Assembly (NCBI GenBank): GCA_965249055.1
Contig: CBDFKX010000002.1
Location: 1,613,800-1,677,799, forward strand
DNA length: 64,000 nucleotides
Reading direction: 5' to 3'
From: Candidatus Aldehydirespiratoraceae bacterium
GTDB taxonomy: Bacteria > Actinomycetota > Acidimicrobiia > Acidimicrobiales > Aldehydirespiratoraceae
The notes under the pieces: model-generated
Seen by the model: only the letters and a program-made list of their open reading frames with translations
The model's database searches: none
What the model was told of the DNA's origin: nothing
Shown here: positions 37,489 to 47,001 of the stretch, piece by piece
Numbering within the stretch: position 1 is the first letter of the stretch
Layout of the letters: each line of letters starts with the position of its first letter
Program-made: the position numbers and the translations under genes

Positions 37489-38624
37489 CCGTCGCGCAGT
37501 TGGCTGCCGGCATCGTGAGCGGCAAAGATCACACGGCCAGCCCTCATACCGCCGACCACGTCAGACATCATGCGATTCATGGCGTAGCAAACGGTGAGTG
37601 AGTTCTCGACATCTACCACAGCCATCGAACCACCCCACCCGGCCCAGAACAGGGTGCGATCATTGATCCCGAGCGGCATTGCTGGCGTGCTGAGCCCGTA
37701 ACCAATACCGAAGGTCATGTTGTGACCGATTATCAGGTCGGGTCCGGATGCCTGCACTTCGAAAATCCGCTCGATCGTGTCCTGACCAAGGAAACGAACC
37801 CCGTGTGATTCACCGCCTTGGCCCAGGATGGAGACAACTTGAGCAACCGAGCGGGCGTTACCGTGGCCGTTGGAAGCAGGGAATTCGGCTCTGCGCCAGC
37901 GGTCAGTGTTGACGAACTGAGTATGTTTAGCTTCTCCTTGAGCCTGACGGGCCGGGATCGGGTCGCTGTGGTTACCGATGCCTTCAGCTTCATCGGTGCG
38001 CATTTCTGCTACACGATCGAACTCCGCATCATCGAGTCCGATGTGAAAGTCGGCACCCAGAGGGCCAGCGATCTCTTCGCGAAAAAAGGTGCCGAGTGTG
38101 CGCCCTGTCACCCGTCGTACTACCTCACCGAGTAACCATCCCTGGGTGGATGCGTGGTAGCCCGAGGCTGTGCCCGGTTCCCACCAAGGAGTCTGAGCCG
38201 CCAGGTTGGCGCAGCAGTGGTCCCAGTCATACATCTCTTCTTTGGTGATCGGCGGATCGAACCCAGGCACGCCAGCCGTGTGGCTCATCAAGTGACGAAT
38301 GAGCACTCCCTCTTTGCCGGCGGCGGAAAACTCGGGCCAGTGTGCCGCCACAGGATCATCTACCGAAAGCATCCCGCGGTCGTGCAGCACCAACACGCAC
38401 AGCGCGGCGATCATCTTGGTGGTTGACCAGACATTGACGATCGTGTCGTGTTGCCACGGTTTCGTTTCGGCGACGTCTCGATGCCCGCTCCACAAATCGA
38501 CTACCAACTCACCCTGGTAGACCACAGCACACGAAGCACCCAGGTCGCCTTCATCAAAATTGGTCGAGAAAGCCTCCCGCACGCCTTCAAATCCAAGCTC
38601 ACAAGTCCCATGTATCTCAGCCAC
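37485..38624 (-). CDS. serine hydrolase, beta-lactamase/esterase family
   Basis: It has an SxxK motif (WSTTKM) and family-typical patterns (LMSHTAG, WGGSMA). Confidence 0.85.
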   Translation of the reverse strand: MAEIHGTCELGFEGVREAFSTNFDEGDLGASCAVVYQGELVVDLWSGHRDVAETKPWQHDTIVNVWSTTKMIAALCVLVLHDRGMLSVDDPVAAHWPEFSAAGKEGVLIRHLMSHTAGVPGFDPPITKEEMYDWDHCCANLAAQTPWWEPGTASGYHASTQGWLLGEVVRRVTGRTLGTFFREEIAGPLGADFHIGLDDAEFDRVAEMRTDEAEGIGNHSDPIPARQAQGEAKHTQFVNTDRWRRAEFPASNGHGNARSVAQVVSILGQGGESHGVRFLGQDTIERIFEVQASGPDLIIGHNMTFGIGYGLSTPAMPLGINDRTLFWAGWGGSMAVVDVENSLTVCYAMNRMMSDVVGGMRAGRVIFAAHDAGSQLRDG

Positions 38625-38642
38625 AGCCGTACCGTATCGGCT

Positions 38643-40289
38643 TCAGCGGGCGTGGTGGGGTGTTGATGTTTCGGGTACTTTGGATGCTTGGGCACGGGTA
38701 GCCCAGGGGAGATCGAATCGGGTTGGCGTGCGCGGGCCGTTGAGAATCCAACCAATAGGCGTGTAGCGGACGAACAACTGATAGCTGGCCAGCAGAATCG
38801 CAGTGGCGACCACGCTGATCCCAAGGAACTTGAGTGACGCCGGGAGGTCCCAGTCTCGGACCCAGTCCTGACCTGCGATTACCAGCGGCAAGTGCATCAG
38901 ATACAGCCAGTAGGCCGAGTCGCTCAGATAGCGAACGCCCGGTCGTTCGACCGCGAGGAAGCGGCGGGATAGTCCCATCAGGCCGACGATCATGGCCCAG
39001 GCGAACGTGACCTGAAGCGCTGCGGCCACAGGCCAGATCGGGTCATCTGCGTAGGTGACGCCGAGCGCTATGGGCAACACAATGATGACCGTCAGTGGTA
39101 ACAGGACTGTCCAGTGGCGTCCGATTGTGTCAACAAGCAGCTCACCTGCGTGGTTACGTCTGTTGTACATGAGCGCCCCGAACCCAAAAAAGACGGCGTA
39201 GTAGGCAAGGACGTGAAAGTCGGGTACGAGGGCGGTTGACGTGTCGGGTCCGAACACTCGGAATTCGCCCCACTCACCCATTCGGAGTTGCGGAAGGAAC
39301 GTGAATGGGACGAGCAACCACATAACCGTCCAAGCGACACGATCAAGCGGGATTCGATCCGCGAAGGAGCGTTCCAAGAGCTCGACGATTCTCGCCACTA
39401 CGACGAAGCCGACCACGAACAAGCACAGGAACCACAGGAACCACAAGTGGTGGAAGCTCGTAATCCATGTTTCGGGCCCCTCGAAACCGTCGTCGTCGGC
39501 AGCCTCGTCCGTTTTGGGCGCGTCTTCGGCGCCGAAAGCCCACCATGGGACATCGTCCCAGTCCTGGCCCCCCACCCGCGGGTCGGGCGCTTCCGCCGCG
39601 ACGAGCAGGTCAGCGGCTTCCTCGTTGCCGAACACGAAGGTTGAACCCACAGGCGTGTTGCCGGCGTAGTCGACAACGGTCGGGTCCGCCCCGGCTTCCA
39701 ACAGCAGCCTCACCACCTCCGGATCACCCATGAACGCCGCCCAGTGCAGGAAGGTGCCGCCGTCCTCGCCGCGGCTATCAAGGTCGGCTCCGGCCTTGAT
39801 AGCCCTTAGCGTCGCTTCGGAATCACCTTCCGCGATCGCAACGAAAAGGGCAGTCCCCGGGTCGTCCGGTCGATCAACGGCCCGCTCGACGACCCAGTCG
39901 ACCAGCGGCACGATCGTCACAACTCCGATCGCCAACGGCACGGCGATCCGCTTGACTCTTTGACCCAGCAGTGATGACATGCCCCGACGACGCCACACCA
40001 TCACGGTGAAGAAGCCAGACAGCAAGAAGAACAAGGGCATGCGGAAGCCGTGTACGGCGAGGAAGAACTCGTCGTAGCCCGCGTCGAGGTCGGCCTTGTT
40101 GTCGGTTACCGCCCAGAAACCGGGAAAGAAAGACAGCGACGCATGCAGTCCGATTCCCAACAACATCGCAAACCCGCGCAAAGCATCGAGGTCATGGCGT
40201 CGTTTTCCACTTGCTGGTGTCGCATCGGGCGAGGTCATGGTGTCGGCCGCGATGGGCTGTGTCATCGAGTGTTTGTCTAGCATAGACAC
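38643..40289 (-). CDS. acyltransferase family 3 membrane protein with an inserted ankyrin-repeat module
   Basis: The acyltransferase_3 N-terminal signature is DALRGFAMLLGIGLHA...FRMPLFFLLSGFF, with several C-terminal TM helices. Residues ~148-232 (39594-39848) match the ankyrin consensus (GGTFLHWAAFMGDPEVVRLLLEAGADPTVVDYAGNTPV). Confidence 0.8.
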   Translation of the reverse strand: MSMLDKHSMTQPIAADTMTSPDATPASGKRRHDLDALRGFAMLLGIGLHASLSFFPGFWAVTDNKADLDAGYDEFFLAVHGFRMPLFFLLSGFFTVMVWRRRGMSSLLGQRVKRIAVPLAIGVVTIVPLVDWVVERAVDRPDDPGTALFVAIAEGDSEATLRAIKAGADLDSRGEDGGTFLHWAAFMGDPEVVRLLLEAGADPTVVDYAGNTPVGSTFVFGNEEAADLLVAAEAPDPRVGGQDWDDVPWWAFGAEDAPKTDEAADDDGFEGPETWITSFHHLWFLWFLCLFVVGFVVVARIVELLERSFADRIPLDRVAWTVMWLLVPFTFLPQLRMGEWGEFRVFGPDTSTALVPDFHVLAYYAVFFGFGALMYNRRNHAGELLVDTIGRHWTVLLPLTVIIVLPIALGVTYADDPIWPVAAALQVTFAWAMIVGLMGLSRRFLAVERPGVRYLSDSAYWLYLMHLPLVIAGQDWVRDWDLPASLKFLGISVVATAILLASYQLFVRYTPIGWILNGPRTPTRFDLPWATRAQASKVPETSTPHHAR

Positions 40290-40341
40290 GGCTATAGCAA
40301 AATGATATCATGATGCTAATCGACAATATAGAAAGAAACCC

Positions 40342-41232
40342 ATGGATCAACTCAAAGAAACCTCTAGCCGGTCCCGGTCAGGCGTGCTGTGGCTCGCCGC
40401 TGACCTGCTGATGCTCATCGCGTCGGTCCTGCTCTACATCTTCGGCGGAATCGCCGCCAGCCTCTGGATGATTCTCCTGGCGGTCCTGCTATCGATCACG
40501 GTGTTTGTTGTCTCGTTCAGTTTCTTCATGGTGCAACCCAACCACGGGGCTGTGCTGATGTTCTTCGGGGACTACCGCGGCACAGACACAAAACCGGGGT
40601 TGCGAATCGCAAATCCGTTATACGTATCGAAGAAAGTGTCGCTGCGGGTCCGTAACTTCACGACCCAGACCTCCAAGGTAAACGACGGCCGCGGCAATCC
40701 GATCGAGATCGCTGCGGTAGTTGTGTGGCGCGTCGTCGACACCGCCCGAGCGATGTTCGGAGTCGACAACTTCACCTCCTACGTCCACACCCAGTCCGAG
40801 TCAGCGGTCCGGCAACTGGCCCGCTCCTACCCTTACGACGCATTCGACGAGACTGACGTGACCACCCTCATCGGTGCCACCAGCGAAGTCAACGCGCACC
40901 TGCTAGTCGAACTGCAAGAACGAGCCGACGACGCCGGCGTTGAAATCCTCGAAGCCCGAATCACCGACCTCGCGTATGCACCAGAGATCGCCGAAGCCAT
41001 GCTTCGCCGCCAACAAGCGGCTGCGATCGTCGCGGCCCGCAAAGAAATCGTCAACGGCGCGGTGTTGATGGTGCGCGATGCGGTGCGTGGACTCGAAGAG
41101 GGGGAAGATGGCGAGAACACCATCCCCCTCGACTCCGACCGTAAGGCCACATTCGCCTCGAATCTCATGACGGTGATCGCCAGCGACAGTCCAACCAACC
41201 CTGTCGTAAACGTCGGCACGCTGAACCGATAG
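40342..41232 (+). CDS. SPFH/Band 7 domain membrane protein
   Basis: It has N-terminal TM helices, then VQPNHGAVLMFFG...GLRIANP...VNDGRGNPIEIAAVVVWRV...AEAMLRRQQAAAIV. Confidence 0.85.
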   Translation: MDQLKETSSRSRSGVLWLAADLLMLIASVLLYIFGGIAASLWMILLAVLLSITVFVVSFSFFMVQPNHGAVLMFFGDYRGTDTKPGLRIANPLYVSKKVSLRVRNFTTQTSKVNDGRGNPIEIAAVVVWRVVDTARAMFGVDNFTSYVHTQSESAVRQLARSYPYDAFDETDVTTLIGATSEVNAHLLVELQERADDAGVEILEARITDLAYAPEIAEAMLRRQQAAAIVAARKEIVNGAVLMVRDAVRGLEEGEDGENTIPLDSDRKATFASNLMTVIASDSPTNPVVNVGTLNR

Positions 41233-41252
41233 TCCTTGGGTAGAGGGACATC

Positions 41253-41501
41253 ATGGCCCGGCAACGAAAGCAATACCTGCTGCGGATACCTCAGGATCTA
41301 TACGACATCTATGAGACCTGGGCCGGCGACGAGTTCCGGTCGGTCAACGCGCAGATCGAAGCTACCCTTGTTGACGGTGCACGCCGCGCCAACCGCCTCA
41401 AACGACTCACGCCCGAAACCGGCGAAGACCGCCACCGAGAGGACCGCCACCGAGAGGACCGCGACACAGCGCCTGCTAAACCGTCTTCGAGGTCCGCTTG
41501 A
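41253..41501 (+). CDS. Arc/RHH-like small DNA-binding protein
   Basis: QYLLRIPQDLYDIYETWAGDEFRSVNAQIEATL is a ribbon-helix-helix pattern. The tail contains a 15-bp tandem repeat encoding EDRHR-EDRHR-EDR. Confidence 0.6.
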   Translation: MARQRKQYLLRIPQDLYDIYETWAGDEFRSVNAQIEATLVDGARRANRLKRLTPETGEDRHREDRHREDRDTAPAKPSSRSA

Positions 41502-41547
41502 TGTCTGTCACATGGCGAGGGAAGAGTAGCCGAGAGAAGGGATCCCG

Positions 41548-42505
41548 ATGAGACGACTGCTGATGGTGTTGTGCGCGCTGGTGCTCGGTGCGGTTGCTTG
41601 CGGAAGCAACGACGCTGAGCCAATAGCAGCCGAAGCAGCCGATACCGCGCCGAACGCAACAGTCAAGACGATCCGCATCGGGGCGGCGCTCAGCGAAACG
41701 GGAAGGTTCTCAGTGGAAGGCAAAGACTCCTGCCAAGGCTACGACACCTGGCTTCGCTGGGTGAACGAAGAGTATGGCGGGATCGAACTCCCCGATGGGC
41801 GCTACGAGGTCGAGATCATCTACTACGACGACGAGTCCGATGCCGACACCGCTGCCAGTCTCGTCCAACGGCTGATCGATGAAGATGACGTCGACTTCCT
41901 ACTCGGCCCATATTCAAGCGGCCTGACAATGGGCGCGTCAGCTATCAGCGAAGCAGCCGATGTGATCATGGTGGAGGGCAACGGAACTTCCAACTCGATC
42001 TTCGAGCGGGGCTTCGACAACCTCTTCCTCGTCGCCACGATCGCCAGTGACTACACCAAGAGCGGCATTGAGACATTCGCGGCGCAAGGGGCAACTACCA
42101 AAGCTCACCGAGGAACTAGGCGATTTCGCTGAACTTGTCGTCGGCCCCACTCAGTGGGAAGCGACCATGGACTACGAAGGCCAATGGTTCGGCACCGCTT
42201 CTGATTATGCGGCGCGCTACGAGTCTTATTGGGGGGAGCCACCGGTGTATCAGGCGGCATCGGCCACAGCCTCCGCGTTAGCCTTGCACATAGCCATAGA
42301 GCAGGCTGGCACTATCGAAACCGAAACGGTGAAGTCAGCGCTACGCCAGATGGAAGTCGAGACGTTCTACGGTCCGATCGGATTCGACGAACGAGGCGTC
42401 AACACATTGAAACCCATGGGCACAGTGCAGGTTCAGAACGGCGCGATCAACGTGGTCGCCCCTCCCGCAGCCGCCGTTGCCGAATTCGTGTTCCCCCGTC
42501 ACTGA
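41548..42505 (+). pseudogene. ABC-transporter substrate-binding protein (LivJ/Peripla_BP_6-like), internally deleted and frame-shifted
   Basis: A lipoprotein-like signal (LGAVACGS) and the N-terminal lobe lie in frame 41548..42132. The C-terminal lobe (AELVVGPTQWE...FYGPIGFDERG) lies in frame 42047..42505. The junction is near 42095-42105, and about 100 aa of a typical family member appear to be missing. Confidence 0.65.
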
Positions 42506-42526
42506 ACCCGTAGGCCGGTAGCGTGG

Positions 42527-43735
42527 CTACAGCGGCGGCGCGATCGTGTCGGCGACGAGTGCGTCGACGACGGCTTTGAGCGCCTCGTCTTCGCTGGCAC
42601 CCTCTTCGAGGGCAGTGTGGTAGACCGCCAGTTGGCGATCCGCGGAGGAACCCCGCTCACAGATTGTCAGCGCATGCTCCACTTCGGCAACGCAGTCCAA
42701 GACCTCGGCGTCGGGCCTGACCAATTCGACCAGTTCCGTTACCAGATCCGAGAATGGCACCAGTTCGCCTTTCCCAAAGTCGATCAACTCGCCGCCAATC
42801 CCGTAGCGCTGGGCTCGCCACAGGTTCTCCGACAGCAAGAAGTTGGAGTAGCTGCGCCAACGCCGATTCTCCGATTTGAGCCTCCAGAGCATCCTCAACA
42901 GACAGACGTACAAAGCGGCGACGGCGATGGTGTCCTCCATCTTCGTGGGCAGGTCAGCGACCCGCATCTCAAGTGTGGGGTAGCGCTCCGACGGGCGGAT
43001 GTGCCACCACACCTTGCTGGAGTCCTCGATGATCCCGGCATTCACCAACACGTCCACATGGCGCCTGAATTCGGACCACGAGTCGAACTTGTCTGGGAAC
43101 CCGGTGCGTGGCAAGGTCGCGAACAGCGTCGTGCGGTAGCTCTTGAGGCCGGTGTCGCTACCCTCCCAGAAAGGCGACGAGGTCGACAGGGCCAAAAGAT
43201 GCGGCAAGAAGTACGTGGCCTGGTTCATTAGATCGATCCGCAAGTCGGGATCCTCGATACCGACATGGACGTGCAACCCAGAGATGACCAACTGCCGGGA
43301 TACCCCCTGCAGATCCTCAACCAAGGCTTGGTAGCGCTCTCCTTCGGAGTACTCAAGTTGGTTCACCCGCGCGAACGGATGAGTCGAGGCGGCGATCGGC
43401 GCCAACCCGTACTCGGCAGCGGCCTCAGTCACAGCTAGGCGCAGCAGTCCGACATCGGCGCGAAGGTACTTCATATCGGCGCAGATGCCTGTGGCGATCT
43501 CGATTTGCGAGCTGAAAAGCTCCCTGGCCACCAGACCGTGGCGCAGGTCGGCCACCTTCTCTAGCAGGCCGGGAGGCTGCTTGGCGACCATAACTCCGGT
43601 CTCGCGCTCCACCAGCAGATACTCCTCTTCGACACCCATCGACCAGGTCGGCTCCTCGGCCACTGCTGCTCCTATCTGGTAGTCGCAGTGAGCATAGTGC
43701 CGCAATGAACGTCCGAACGCCTCCGGCCAACCCAC
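42527..43735 (-). CDS. carboxylate-amine ligase (YbdK/GCS2 family)
   Basis: The ORF contains MGVEEEYLLV, SSQIEIATG, ISGLHVHVG, LLALSTSSPFW and WWHIRPS...PTLEMRVAD. The exact start is uncertain. Confidence 0.88.
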   Translation of the reverse strand: MGWPEAFGRSLRHYAHCDYQIGAAVAEEPTWSMGVEEEYLLVERETGVMVAKQPPGLLEKVADLRHGLVARELFSSQIEIATGICADMKYLRADVGLLRLAVTEAAAEYGLAPIAASTHPFARVNQLEYSEGERYQALVEDLQGVSRQLVISGLHVHVGIEDPDLRIDLMNQATYFLPHLLALSTSSPFWEGSDTGLKSYRTTLFATLPRTGFPDKFDSWSEFRRHVDVLVNAGIIEDSSKVWWHIRPSERYPTLEMRVADLPTKMEDTIAVAALYVCLLRMLWRLKSENRRWRSYSNFLLSENLWRAQRYGIGGELIDFGKGELVPFSDLVTELVELVRPDAEVLDCVAEVEHALTICERGSSADRQLAVYHTALEEGASEDEALKAVVDALVADTIAPPL

Positions 43736-43775
43736 TGTCGCCCGCCCAGTGCTGCAGATTCACCTGCGCAGAGAA

Positions 43776-44606
43776 TTACAACAGACTGTGGTCGTGAGTG
43801 AGTTTTTGGGCTAGCACGATTGAGCCACGGTGTTGCTCAGCAGCGGGGTTGGTGCATAACCAGGCTACGGCCGCGCCGATCTGCTCTGGAGTGCCAGCGG
43901 TGAAGTTGCGCTCGTATTGTTTGGCTCGACCGGACGCGATCTGTCGTTCGGTAGCTACATGTCCGGGATCAATGTTGAAAGCTCGAATCCCATCGTCGGC
44001 GTGTTCAACCTCAAGCATCGGTGCCACACGCTCGAAGGCCGCCTTGGTCATGGCGTAGCCCATTCCCCAACCCCCAGAACCGATCCGGTTGGTAGGAGTC
44101 GTGTAGGCGGTGGCCGAGATGATGTTGACAACGATGCCTCCGCCCGCCGCAATCATGGTTGGCAAGGCTGCATGGAGCACTGCTAGATGAGCGAACAAGT
44201 TGCCTTCAAACAGCTTTTGGATCTGCTCATCAGTCAGATCCATGAACTCCAACATCGCACCGGGCCCTTGGTAGATGGCATTGTTCACGACAACGTCAAG
44301 GCGCTCAAAGTACGCAACCGTGTGGTGTACCGCGGCTTCGACAGTGGCCCGATCGAGAACGTCCATGTACAGCGACAACGCCCGCCCGCCAGCGGATTCG
44401 ATCCCAGCCCCGGTCGTGTCGAGCCCACCCGGCACAATAATGCTGTCATCGCCTTCAAGGCGACGATCACCGTCGACAAGAGTACGGGCCGTGATTGCGA
44501 GGTCGTAACCAGCATGAGCCAACGCCAAGGCGATGGCCTTGCCGAGACCACGGCTGGCCCCAGTAACCAAGGCAACTGGCCGAGACTCAGCAGTCGAGTC
44601 AGTCAT
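43776..44606 (-). CDS. SDR-family oxidoreductase
   Basis: The ORF contains VALVTGASRGLGKA, NNAIYQG and YAMTKAA. Its start overlaps the lysC stop (TGATG). Confidence 0.88.
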   Translation of the reverse strand: MTDSTAESRPVALVTGASRGLGKAIALALAHAGYDLAITARTLVDGDRRLEGDDSIIVPGGLDTTGAGIESAGGRALSLYMDVLDRATVEAAVHHTVAYFERLDVVVNNAIYQGPGAMLEFMDLTDEQIQKLFEGNLFAHLAVLHAALPTMIAAGGGIVVNIISATAYTTPTNRIGSGGWGMGYAMTKAAFERVAPMLEVEHADDGIRAFNIDPGHVATERQIASGRAKQYERNFTAGTPEQIGAAVAWLCTNPAAEQHRGSIVLAQKLTHDHSLL

Positions 44607-45841
44607 CAGATGTGGCTGCGGTCCTCGGGGGCTATATGAAGCTCGAAAGCGGCGTGAAGTTTCGCCACCGCCTGCTCAACCTGGGCCTCACGAACCACGC
44701 ACGACACCCGAATCGCCGATGTCGAGATCATCTCGATGTTGATGTCGTTGTCAGAAAGAGTCTCGAACATGGTGGCCGCAACTCCCGGGTTGGTCTTCAT
44801 ACCAGCCCCGACAAGGCTGACTCGAGCGATTGCGTCGTCGGCCACAACGCCGGCCGCGCCGAGCGACCCGAGAATAGAGTTGACCGCCCCTAAGGCTGCC
44901 TCAACCTGATCATGGGGCACAGTGAAGCTGATATCGGTATGACCCTGCGCCGACACGTTTTGCACGATCATGTCGACGTTGATATCAGCAGTCGCCAATG
45001 TGCGAAACAGCAACGCCGCCACACCGGGACGGTCAATAACCCCCGAGACGGTCATCTTCGCCTCGCTGGTGTCATGCGTTACCGCGGAAATCAGTGCACC
45101 TTCCATGGGACCCTCCTTGGTTACCCAGGTACCGGGAACCCACGAGAACGCGCTGCGCACATGCAACTTCACTCCGTAGGCCCGGGCCAACTCAACTGAC
45201 CGCATCGCCGGCTTGGGGCAGCCGGTAGCGGTCATCTCGAGGAGTTCTTCGTATGAGATTTGATCGATCCGTTGAGCGTTGGTCACCAGCCGCGGATCGG
45301 TGGTGAACACGCCGGGAACATCGGTATAGAGCTCGCAGGCGTCGGCATCCAAGGCGTGGGCGAGCGCCACTGCGGTGGTGTCAGAACCACCGCGGCCCAA
45401 AAAAGTGACATTGTTATCGGTCGAAACTCCCTGCGAACCCCCGACTACAGGTACACGACCAGCTTGGAGCGCCTCGCGGATACGGTCGGGACGCAGCTCA
45501 AGGATCTTGGCGTTTTGGTGGGTTGCGTCGGTAAGGAAACCCGCCTGGCTGCCAGTGAACGAATCGGACTCAACCCCCAGATCGTGTAAGGCCATCGAAA
45601 CCAGCGCGCAGGCTTTGCGCTCACCTCCGGTGATGAGCATGTCCATTTCCCGCCCCGGTTTTGTGCCGGATACCTGATCGGCGAACCGCAGAAGCTCGTC
45701 GGTTTCTTTGCCCATCGCCGAAGCGACCAGCACGATTTGGTCGCCTCTCCTGTGGCTACGAGCCACATAGTCAGCGACCTCACGGATGCGATCGGGGTCG
45801 CCCACCGAGGTGCCGCCGAACTTCTGAACAAGGAGTGCCAC
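44606..45841 (-). CDS. lysC: aspartate kinase
   Basis: VALLVQKFGGTSV with a GTG start at 45841 is preferred over the longer ORF to 45910. The ORF also contains ASAMGKETDEL, GRGGSDTTAVALA, YTDVPGVFTTDPR and tandem C-terminal ACT domains. Confidence 0.93.
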   Translation of the reverse strand: MALLVQKFGGTSVGDPDRIREVADYVARSHRRGDQIVLVASAMGKETDELLRFADQVSGTKPGREMDMLITGGERKACALVSMALHDLGVESDSFTGSQAGFLTDATHQNAKILELRPDRIREALQAGRVPVVGGSQGVSTDNNVTFLGRGGSDTTAVALAHALDADACELYTDVPGVFTTDPRLVTNAQRIDQISYEELLEMTATGCPKPAMRSVELARAYGVKLHVRSAFSWVPGTWVTKEGPMEGALISAVTHDTSEAKMTVSGVIDRPGVAALLFRTLATADINVDMIVQNVSAQGHTDISFTVPHDQVEAALGAVNSILGSLGAAGVVADDAIARVSLVGAGMKTNPGVAATMFETLSDNDINIEMISTSAIRVSCVVREAQVEQAVAKLHAAFELHIAPEDRSHI

Positions 45842-45896
45842 GACCAGTAAGGCTACCGTCGGCCAAACCGCTCTCGCTCGTGAGATACTGACCGCT

Positions 45897-46313
45897 GTGG
45901 CTTCCCCCAACGCCGAAGGTGTTTTTCTGCGGATTCCTGCGCTTCAGCCGTACGCGCCAATCGTGCGAGTGGGAGCGGCCGCACTGGCTATCCACCTTGG
46001 CATGAGCTTTGTGGAGATCGATGATCTGAGATTGGTGATCGACAAGGCAATGATCATGCTGCTCGACGGGTTCGAAAGCACACCGGGCGCGCAAGGCAAA
46101 GCATCAGGAGAAGCGGACCTTTACATCGACGTGGTCTTTCGTATCGCGGAGAACCGCTTCGAGTTCGAAGCCACTCGCAGCGTTACCGCAGGTGTGTCTG
46201 AAACGGCGGTACGTCTCTTCGACGACACCGCTCGTGAACTTGTCGACGAACTGCGCGTCGACGTCGATACCGGAGCGATCTGGCTGGGTAAGGCTCTCGC
46301 CGACGTACGCTGA
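45897..46313 (+). CDS. hypothetical protein (anti-sigma-regulatory-factor-like pattern)
   Basis: The 138-aa ORF has a GTG start. IDDLRLVIDKAMIMLL resembles the N-box region of RsbW-type proteins, which is weak evidence. Confidence 0.45.
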   Translation: MASPNAEGVFLRIPALQPYAPIVRVGAAALAIHLGMSFVEIDDLRLVIDKAMIMLLDGFESTPGAQGKASGEADLYIDVVFRIAENRFEFEATRSVTAGVSETAVRLFDDTARELVDELRVDVDTGAIWLGKALADVR

Positions 46314-46317
46314 GACC

Positions 46318-46854
46318 ATGCTGGCCTGGATGGATCTGGAAATGACGGGGCTCGATCCCGACCAAGACACGATCTTGGAGATCGCAACGCTTATCACCGA
46401 CGACAACCTTGAGTTGATCGCCGAGGGACCAGACTTGATCATCCATGCCGGCGAAGAGGATCTGACCGGCATGGACGATGTTGTCGTCAAGATGCACACC
46501 CGAAGCGGGCTGCTGTCTGAGGTTCGAGAGTCGACCGTGAGCCTTGCCGAAGCGGGAGCACAGACTTTGGCCTTTTTAAAGCAACACATCGACCAAGCGC
46601 GCACGGTTCCGCTATGTGGCAACTCAATCGGTACTGACCGTCGTTTCCTGGCCAAACACCTCACCGAGATAGAGGAGTTTTTCCACTACCGCTCAGTTGA
46701 TGTGTCGACCATTAAGGAACTCGTTCGCCGCTGGAATCCTGAAGTCTTGGCGTCTGCCCCCCAAAAGGCCACGGGCCATCGGGCCATGGACGATGTTCGA
46801 GAGAGCCTGGAAGAACTACGCCACTATCGCGCGACTGTATTTCGCCTGTCGTAG
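46318..46854 (+). CDS. orn: oligoribonuclease
   Basis: ATG at 46318. The DEDDh motifs read WMDLEMTGLD, CGNSIGTDRRFL and GHRAMDDVRESLEELRHYR. Confidence 0.92.
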   Translation: MLAWMDLEMTGLDPDQDTILEIATLITDDNLELIAEGPDLIIHAGEEDLTGMDDVVVKMHTRSGLLSEVRESTVSLAEAGAQTLAFLKQHIDQARTVPLCGNSIGTDRRFLAKHLTEIEEFFHYRSVDVSTIKELVRRWNPEVLASAPQKATGHRAMDDVRESLEELRHYRATVFRLS

Positions 46855-46981
46855 CTGTGCTTTCGCCGGGCGTAGCCGGAGCCGCGGGAGGGCTGTGCTT
46901 TTGCCGGGCGTAGCCGGAGCCGCGGGAGTCCTAAGGGTGCCAGGGTGGCTGTGCTTTCGCCGGGCGTAGCCGGAGCCGCGG
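46855..46981. repeat. three copies of a 33-bp intergenic direct repeat CTGTGCTTTCGCCGGGCGTAGCCGGAGCCGCGG
   Basis: The copies lie at 46855-46887, 46893-46925 (one mismatch) and 46949-46981. The gaps are 5 and 23 bp. The array lies between the orn stop and the MBL-hydrolase start. Confidence 0.85.
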
Positions 46982-47001
46982 CAACGCTCTAGGGTTCGGG
47001 G

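Noticed and set aside
46855-46981. Possible CRISPR array (three 33-bp direct repeats)
   Set aside because: The spacers would be only 5 and 23 bp. There are just three units, no cas genes in the window, and the array is wedged between two housekeeping genes. It is better described as an intergenic repeat family.
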